From assembly GCF_032054305.1 (NCBI RefSeq), contig NZ_DAMBSX010000004.1, positions 184,795 through 248,794 of the forward strand: a DNA stretch of 64,000 nucleotides, given 5' to 3'. How positions within the stretch are numbered: the stretch's first letter is position 1; every line of letters starts with the position of its first letter. The translations under genes and the position numbers were made by a program. The notes under the pieces were generated by a model. It was not told the DNA's origin and made no database searches. It worked only from the letters and a program-made list of their open reading frames with translations. This DNA is from Epilithonimonas sp. (GTDB lineage: Bacteria; Bacteroidota; Bacteroidia; Flavobacteriales; Weeksellaceae). Of this stretch, positions 58,065 to 64,000 are shown one piece after another.

Positions 58065-59501
58065 GTGCAGGAAAAATATATAGACGAGACCAAACAAGGA
58101 GAAGCTTTTGCTATAGCAGAAAGACCAGAAAATGGTAAAAAATTATTTTTGGAAAGTTATGGCTGCCAGATGAACTTCTCCGATTCCGAGATTGTTGCAT
58201 CTATTCTTAACGAGCAAGGTTACAACACGACTTTGAAGCAGGAAGAAGCAGATTTGATTTTGCTTAACACTTGTTCTATCCGTGAGAAGGCAGAACAGAC
58301 GGTTCGTATGCGTCTCGCTCAATTCAAAAATCTAAAAAAAGAGAAACCAAATCTTACCGTTGGCGTTTTGGGTTGTATGGCCGAGAGACTGAAAACCAAA
58401 TTCTTGGAAGAAGAACAACTGGTAGACTTGGTTGTTGGTCCGGATGCCTACAGAGACCTTCCAAATCTTTTGAAAGAAACCGATGACGGAAGAGACGCCA
58501 TCAATGTAATCCTCTCAAAAGACGAAACTTACGCAGATATCAATCCTGTCCGTCTTGGCGGAAACGGCGTTACAGCGTTCGTTACAATTACCAGAGGTTG
58601 TGATAATATGTGTACTTTCTGTGTTGTGCCTTTTACAAGAGGAAGAGAAAGAAGCCGTGATCCGCATTCCATCATAGAAGAATGTCTTGACCTATGGAAA
58701 AATGGTTACAAGGAAATTACACTTCTTGGTCAAAATGTTGACTCTTATCTTTGGTACGGTGGTGGTCCAAAAAAAGATTTTGCAAAAGCAACTGAAATGC
58801 AAAAATTGACGGCTGTAAATTTTGCCCAATTAATGGAAATGGTTGCTATCGCCGTTCCAAATATGAGAATCCGATTCTCAACTTCCAATCCTCAGGATAT
58901 GAGCTTGGATGTTTTCCGAGTGATGGCAAAGCACAATAATATTTGCAAATATGTTCACTTGCCGGTTCAAAGTGGAAGCGACAGAATTCTTGATTTGATG
59001 AATCGTCAGCATACACGTCAGGAATATCTGGATCTAATCAAACAGGCTAAGGAAATCGTTCCCGACATTTCTTTTTCACAGGATATGATTGTCGGATTCT
59101 GCACAGAAACTGAGGAAGACCATCAAGATACATTATCTTTAATGAGAGAAGTGGAATACGATTACGGTTATATGTTCGCTTATTCTGAAAGACCTGGAAC
59201 GCCTGCTCACAAAAAGATGGAAGACGACATTCCGGCAGATGTGAAACAAAGACGTTTGGCAGAAGTGATTGCTTTACAAGGCGAATTATCCAAAAAGAGA
59301 ATGGCTTCTTACGTCGGAAGGGTTCACGAAATTTTGATTGAAGGTATTTCCAAAAAGAACAAAAATCAATGGAAAGGAAGAAATTCTCAAAATGCGGTTT
59401 GTGTTTTCGATATGTTGGAAGGGCAGAAAATTGGTGACATTGTTTCCGTTTTCGTTCACGGGAATACACAAGGAACGCTTTTGGGGAAAACGGTTTCTTA
59501 A
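58065..59501 (+). CDS. miaB: tRNA-i6A37 methylthiotransferase (radical SAM; GTG start)
   Basis: ESYGCQMNFSDSE (UPF0004 domain), radical-SAM motif GCDNMCTFCVVP, and a C-terminal TRAM domain. Confidence 0.92.
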   Translation: MQEKYIDETKQGEAFAIAERPENGKKLFLESYGCQMNFSDSEIVASILNEQGYNTTLKQEEADLILLNTCSIREKAEQTVRMRLAQFKNLKKEKPNLTVGVLGCMAERLKTKFLEEEQLVDLVVGPDAYRDLPNLLKETDDGRDAINVILSKDETYADINPVRLGGNGVTAFVTITRGCDNMCTFCVVPFTRGRERSRDPHSIIEECLDLWKNGYKEITLLGQNVDSYLWYGGGPKKDFAKATEMQKLTAVNFAQLMEMVAIAVPNMRIRFSTSNPQDMSLDVFRVMAKHNNICKYVHLPVQSGSDRILDLMNRQHTRQEYLDLIKQAKEIVPDISFSQDMIVGFCTETEEDHQDTLSLMREVEYDYGYMFAYSERPGTPAHKKMEDDIPADVKQRRLAEVIALQGELSKKRMASYVGRVHEILIEGISKKNKNQWKGRNSQNAVCVFDMLEGQKIGDIVSVFVHGNTQGTLLGKTVS

Positions 59502-59589
59502 TGTGTTAATATGAAAATGAGCTAATTCAAGAGATTAACTTTATAAATCAATTACCACATTCTCAAATCATCAAATTATCAAATAAACA

Positions 59590-60885
59590 ATGGCAGACTT
59601 ACAATCTATAAAAGCACGTTTCGGAATCATTGGGAATTTCCCTGCTTTGAACCGTGCTTTAGAAAAATCTATACAAGTAGCACCAACTGATATTTCCGTT
59701 CTTGTAATTGGAGAAAGCGGTGTCGGGAAAGAATTCATCCCGAAAATAATCCATTCAGAATCCAGAAGAAAACATCAGCCTTACATCGTCGTAAACTGTG
59801 GTGCAATCCCGGAAGGGACCATCGATTCAGAATTATTTGGTCACGAAAAAGGAGCCTTTACAGGTGCTACTTCTACCCGAAAAGGTTATTTTGAAGTGGC
59901 TGACGGCGGAACAATTTTCCTTGACGAGGTTGGAGAATTACCGCTTCAAACCCAGGTTCGTCTTTTGAGAGTTTTGGAAAGTGGCGAGTTTATGAAAGTC
60001 GGTTCTTCCCAAGTCCAGAAAACCAATGTAAGAATCGTAGCTGCGACGAATGTGAATATGATGAAAGCCATTCAGGACGGACGTTTCCGTGAAGATCTTT
60101 ATTACCGTCTGAACACGGTTCAAATAGATATGCCACCTTTGCGGGAAAGAAAAGGCGACATCCATTTGTTATTCAGAAAGTTTGCAATTGATTTTGCTGA
60201 AAAATATAGGATGCCGGAATTGAGATTGACAGACGATGCCGTTGCTTACCTTGAAAATTATGCCTTTCCGGGAAACATTCGTCAGTTGAGAAATTTAGTC
60301 GAGCAAATGACTGTCGTTGAGCAAAATCGAGAAATCAATTCTGTGAAATTAGCCGAATACATCCCGATGAATGCTAATTTACCAGCAGTTGTTTCTAAAA
60401 CAAATGGAACCGGAACTTCCGGAGACTTCGGCTCGGAGAGGGAAATTATGTACAAGGTGCTCTTCGATATGCGAAATGATATTAATGATTTAAAATCCTT
60501 AACTTCGGAACTGATAAAAAGTAGAGGAAACGCAGACCTTAGTTCTCAGGAAAAGAATCTGATCAATCGAATTTACACGCCTGAACCTCAACAATCTGCA
60601 AACCCAAATTCTTTGCTTTATTTTGAAAATAATAACAATAATCAAAGTCAGGTTCATCATCCAACGATCATTTCTGAGGACGAGGACCATCATTACAACG
60701 ATGTAGAAGATATTGAAATTGAGGAAGCTAGACCAGAATCCCTTTCGCTTCAAAACAATGAAAAAGATTTGATAATCAAGGCATTGGAAAAGCACAAAGG
60801 AAGAAGAAACAAAGCCGCAGACGAATTGGGAATTTCGCAAAGAACACTTTACAGAAAAATAAAACAATATAATCTAGAAGAATAA
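59590..60885 (+). CDS. Sigma-54-dependent transcriptional activator without an N-terminal sensor or receiver domain
   Basis: The AAA+ domain starts within ~10 residues of the N-terminus (GESGVGKE, ELFGHEKGAFTGA). A long low-complexity linker follows. C-terminal Fis-type HTH ELGISQRTLYRKIKQY. Confidence 0.88.
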   Translation: MADLQSIKARFGIIGNFPALNRALEKSIQVAPTDISVLVIGESGVGKEFIPKIIHSESRRKHQPYIVVNCGAIPEGTIDSELFGHEKGAFTGATSTRKGYFEVADGGTIFLDEVGELPLQTQVRLLRVLESGEFMKVGSSQVQKTNVRIVAATNVNMMKAIQDGRFREDLYYRLNTVQIDMPPLRERKGDIHLLFRKFAIDFAEKYRMPELRLTDDAVAYLENYAFPGNIRQLRNLVEQMTVVEQNREINSVKLAEYIPMNANLPAVVSKTNGTGTSGDFGSEREIMYKVLFDMRNDINDLKSLTSELIKSRGNADLSSQEKNLINRIYTPEPQQSANPNSLLYFENNNNNQSQVHHPTIISEDEDHHYNDVEDIEIEEARPESLSLQNNEKDLIIKALEKHKGRRNKAADELGISQRTLYRKIKQYNLEE

Positions 60886-60886
60886 A

Positions 60887-61576
60887 ATGTCAGCAAACCT
60901 ACAACCAAGAAGTGTAAATTTCAAATTTGGTGAATACATTTCTCAAGCGATTGACTTGATGAAGAAAGATTTTGGAACGATAATACTTTCATTCCTATGT
61001 TTTATGATCATGTCTATCATTCCTTTTTGCGGGATTTTAGCTGCAGGTAATTTCTACAGGATCTGTTACAAAATTGATAAAGGAATCCCAACCGGAGCTG
61101 GAGAAATTTTTAATTTTGATGATTTTGTACCCTATTTTATCTTTCAATTGTACATTTTTGCAGGCATTTTTCTAATTTTTATTCCGTTTGGCTTTTTGGC
61201 AATTTTTGCGGACAATGACAATACCGTTTCTGGTTTTGTTGGAGGTCTTGGAGCGATTTATTTTATATCTGTATATTTTGTATTGATTTATTTATTACTT
61301 CAATCTTTTTATATTCCTGCGTTGATTACATTTAAGCAAATAAAAGATTTGAAATCTGCCTGGAATATCTCTAAAACAATGACAAAAGGAAATCTTTTAT
61401 CTATACTTTTCTTTTCCATCGCAGTTGCATTTTTGGGAGAACTGGGAATTATACTTTGTGGAATTGGATTGTTTATAACCTTACCTTTTATAAATGTAGC
61501 TCATTATTTTGCCTTCAAAGATGGTCTTGCACAAATAGAACACGATGAACTAACAGAAATCGGTCAAAAATTTTAA
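60887..61576 (+). CDS. Hypothetical integral membrane protein
   Basis: 229 aa with about 5 TM helices. The ATG is 1 nt after the activator stop. Confidence 0.55.
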   Translation: MSANLQPRSVNFKFGEYISQAIDLMKKDFGTIILSFLCFMIMSIIPFCGILAAGNFYRICYKIDKGIPTGAGEIFNFDDFVPYFIFQLYIFAGIFLIFIPFGFLAIFADNDNTVSGFVGGLGAIYFISVYFVLIYLLLQSFYIPALITFKQIKDLKSAWNISKTMTKGNLLSILFFSIAVAFLGELGIILCGIGLFITLPFINVAHYFAFKDGLAQIEHDELTEIGQKF

Positions 61577-61578
61577 TT

Positions 61579-62097
61579 ATGAAAAAGTTTTTTGGGCTTT
61601 TAATTTTAACGTTATTATCAGTAACATCCTGTTATTCATTTACTGGTTCATCTTTGAGAGAAGATATGAAAACGGTGAAGATCAATACTTTCCCGAATAA
61701 TGCGGCAAACAACCTTCCTAGTTTGAGCCAGGATTTTACCGTGGCCTTGCAGAATCGTTTTCTCCAAAGAACAACACTGAAAGGTGCAGTGGAAAATCCA
61801 GATCTTTTGATCGAAGGAGAGATCAGCGACTATAATATTACACCTACAAGTATCGGGTCTGCAACGACAACGACATCCGGAAACACAATACAAGCACAGC
61901 AAAATAAACTGACAATCTCTGTGAAGGTCCATTATGAAAATATCAAAGACCCGACATTGAGCTTTGACCGAACTTACAGTGACGAAGCTGTTTTCAATAG
62001 CGACCTAGACCTGAACACGATAGAAACTGCACAAGTGAGAATTGTGAACGACAGGATCATCAATAAAATTTTCAATGATATTGTAGCCAATTGGTAA
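61579..62097 (+). CDS. Lipoprotein, LptE-like
   Basis: Lipobox LLSVTSC. Its position after the sigma-54 activator matches my memory of the Flavobacteriia gene order. No strong motif. Confidence 0.45.
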   Translation: MKKFFGLLILTLLSVTSCYSFTGSSLREDMKTVKINTFPNNAANNLPSLSQDFTVALQNRFLQRTTLKGAVENPDLLIEGEISDYNITPTSIGSATTTTSGNTIQAQQNKLTISVKVHYENIKDPTLSFDRTYSDEAVFNSDLDLNTIETAQVRIVNDRIINKIFNDIVANW

Positions 62098-62102
62098 GAA
62101 GA

Positions 62103-63893
62103 ATGAATACTAGAGTTTTAGAATTAGTAAAAAAACCGAAAATTATTACCGAATCCGATCTGGACATTTTGAGATCAGAATCAGAAAAGATGCCTTATGC
62201 GCAAAGTATAAGAGCACTCTATCTTTACGGGATCAATCTTTACAAACCGGAAAATTATAAAGAAAACCTCTCTAAAACCGCAGCTTACACGACAGATAAA
62301 AAGATACTTTATCACTTCATTAATTCTGAAAGAATTTCTAAAAAAGAGATTACACCAACATCAATCATATCTGACGAAAAACCTGAAAATCATTTAACTA
62401 ACGACAAAACAACAGAAGACACAAAACCTGCAGAATCTGAAATCGTAACGGAAATTGAAAATACAGAAACGCATTCTGTTCTGAATAAATTTGATATCGA
62501 AAAGATCATCGAAACTGAAAATTCTGAGAACTCAGAATTCATAGTTGTAGATGGCGAAAAGAATCGTTTACTTTATGATGGTGAAGAAAATTTCTTAAAA
62601 GAAAAATCCTCGCAAGTTGATCTGGAAGCAACGAAAGAATCCGGACAATTGGTTCTAAAAGAAGAAACCGAAACCATTGATTCCCAAATCATCATTGATG
62701 AAAATCCTGCGCAAGAATCTATTTCTGCTCCCGAACACATTGAAGATATTTTAACTTTAGAAGAAACTAAAGTTGAGGAAATTTCCACAGAACTAGAATC
62801 TCAACCAGAAATTTCTTCCAATGATATCAGTTTCGGAGGCGCTCAGGAGTTTCTTCCAAATGTGAAATTCTCGCTTCCAAAAAATCATCTGGATTACCTG
62901 AATCCTTCGAAAAAAGAAAAGTCAGAGGAGAAACCAACTGAAGAAAAACCTGTAATTAGATCTGAATATAAAGAACCTTTTGTAAAAAATATTCCTGAAG
63001 ATGATATTGATGATAGTCAAATCAGCTTTGAGAACACGCAATCTTTTGAAGTTTTTGAACCGAAAAAAGTTGAGGGAACAGAAGATTCAATTCAGGAAGA
63101 AAGGATTAAAGAGAATCAAATCAATTTTGAAAATACGCAGACTTTCGACATTATTGAAGATAAAACTGAAATCTCACAGACTGAAATCAAACCAGAAATT
63201 ACTGAACCAAAAATTGAAGTTCAAGAACCTGTTTCTGAATGGAAACCAATGTCTTTCTCAGCGAACACACCAGATGCTTTGATTGGTAAAAGTAAACCTG
63301 AAGAAAGAGAAATTCCTAAAATAATTACAAAAGTTGACGTTGCTCCAACACAAGAAAAAGTTGAGGAGGTTATTGTTCATCCGGAAATTATAGAAGAAAC
63401 TCAAGTAGAGGAAAAGAAAACTGAGATCTCTGAAGAAGAAAGACCAATTATGAATGTTTCGTTCTTTGGAAATGAGGTTTCTAAAATCGAAGAGAAAAAG
63501 GAGATCATTCCAATCCCGGAAAAGGTTGAAACAAAGGAAGCTACTGAAAGCAATGTGGGTACTTTTATCAACACTTGGCAAAGCTGGCTGAAAATTGAAA
63601 GACCGGAAGTCAAAGAAGAGCCATCCAAAACCAAGGAAAAAATCATTGACAACTTCATTGAGACCAATCCGAAAATATCTCAGTTAAAGGAAGAAAGCAA
63701 CTATATCATCAAGGAGAAGAAAGACGACATCTCTCACTTAATGACAGAAACCCTGGCCAAGTTATACACGGAACAAAAACTATACTCCAAAGCAATAAAG
63801 GCTTACGAGATACTTTCAGAAAAACATCCCGATAAAAAAGATTACTTCGAACAAAAGATTGAAGAAATAAAAGACATCAGAAAATCACAATAA
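62103..63893 (+). CDS. Acidic, Glu/Lys/Ile-rich protein with a repeated I(S/N)FENTQ(S/T)F motif and a TPR-like C-terminus
   Basis: ATG at 62103 (the track TTG is at 62091). Motif copies at 63021..63059 and 63119..63160, and a degenerate copy at 62823..62858. Confidence 0.55.
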   Translation: MNTRVLELVKKPKIITESDLDILRSESEKMPYAQSIRALYLYGINLYKPENYKENLSKTAAYTTDKKILYHFINSERISKKEITPTSIISDEKPENHLTNDKTTEDTKPAESEIVTEIENTETHSVLNKFDIEKIIETENSENSEFIVVDGEKNRLLYDGEENFLKEKSSQVDLEATKESGQLVLKEETETIDSQIIIDENPAQESISAPEHIEDILTLEETKVEEISTELESQPEISSNDISFGGAQEFLPNVKFSLPKNHLDYLNPSKKEKSEEKPTEEKPVIRSEYKEPFVKNIPEDDIDDSQISFENTQSFEVFEPKKVEGTEDSIQEERIKENQINFENTQTFDIIEDKTEISQTEIKPEITEPKIEVQEPVSEWKPMSFSANTPDALIGKSKPEEREIPKIITKVDVAPTQEKVEEVIVHPEIIEETQVEEKKTEISEEERPIMNVSFFGNEVSKIEEKKEIIPIPEKVETKEATESNVGTFINTWQSWLKIERPEVKEEPSKTKEKIIDNFIETNPKISQLKEESNYIIKEKKDDISHLMTETLAKLYTEQKLYSKAIKAYEILSEKHPDKKDYFEQKIEEIKDIRKSQ

Positions 63894-63929
63894 AAGAACG
63901 GGACAAATATTTGTCCCGTTCTTTATTTT
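63893..63929. terminator. Bidirectional rho-independent terminator
   Basis: AAAGAACGGGACAA / TTGTCCCGTTCTTT forms a 14-bp stem with a 4-nt loop and a T-rich tail. Confidence 0.85.
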
Positions 63930-64000
63930 AATTCAATTGGATTATTTCTGCTTTTTATTTCCGCTTGCATGCGTTTTTGTCTTTCCTGCATTTCTTTTGG
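63923..64000 (-). CDS. Possible 3' end of a minus-strand gene entering from the right edge
   Basis: One frame reads PKEMQERQKRMQAEIKSRNNPIELK and stops at 63925..63923. The other two frames are also open for at least 14 codons, so the frame is not resolved. Confidence 0.2.
   Translation of the reverse strand, partial: PKEMQERQKRMQAEIKSRNNPIELK

Noticed and set aside
61197-61211. A sigma-54-like TGGCAATTTTTGCGG sequence downstream of the sigma-54 activator.
   Set aside because: The GG-to-GC spacing is 8 nt rather than 10, and the site is inside the coding sequence of 60887..61576.

Overview
This looks like a low-GC Bacteroidota chromosomal window, Flavobacteriales and Chryseobacterium-like. 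That placement is my inference from T9SS C-terminal sorting domains, TAnnTTTG promoter boxes and gene content. It is densely packed with about 55 genes, mostly housekeeping. In order they are: partial metK; oxyR/catalase; recJ; a 1376-aa LRR/T9SS surface protein beside a LytTR two-component pair; nadD; ldhA; two tandem outer-membrane beta-barrel paralogs; two amidinotransferase-fold enzymes; gltA; eno; rlpA; xerD; miaA; hutI; a methionine operon led by a SAM-I riboswitch (metX-hom-metY-[repeats]-split metH-metF); an SDR plus a GH63-like glucosidase; OsmC; a MoxR/DUF58/DUF4350/DUF4129/SpoIIM-like/RDD cluster; two TonB-C-like proteins; miaB; a sensor-less sigma-54 activator; and an LptE-like lipoprotein. 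I saw no rRNA, tRNA, CRISPR array, transposase, phage gene or recognisable defence gene, and I found no convincing novel defence or mobile system. The best candidate for an undescribed system is the six-gene membrane-associated MoxR module (50398..56635). Other points worth a second look: (1) a conserved non-coding element of about 110-150 nt present twice (41627.. and 46877..), one copy inside the met operon; (2) tandem double-hairpin units with a compensatory base-pair change; (3) a structured metK leader that is not SAM-I; (4) a frameshift at an A5 tract in a TonB-C-like gene; (5) a four-helix-bundle gene with an in-frame TAA, inserted between two paralogous-fold enzymes; (6) a MITE-like element with 30-bp inverted termini; (7) several families of short intergenic repeats. 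All family assignments come from reading the translations and from memory of motifs. No searches were run.
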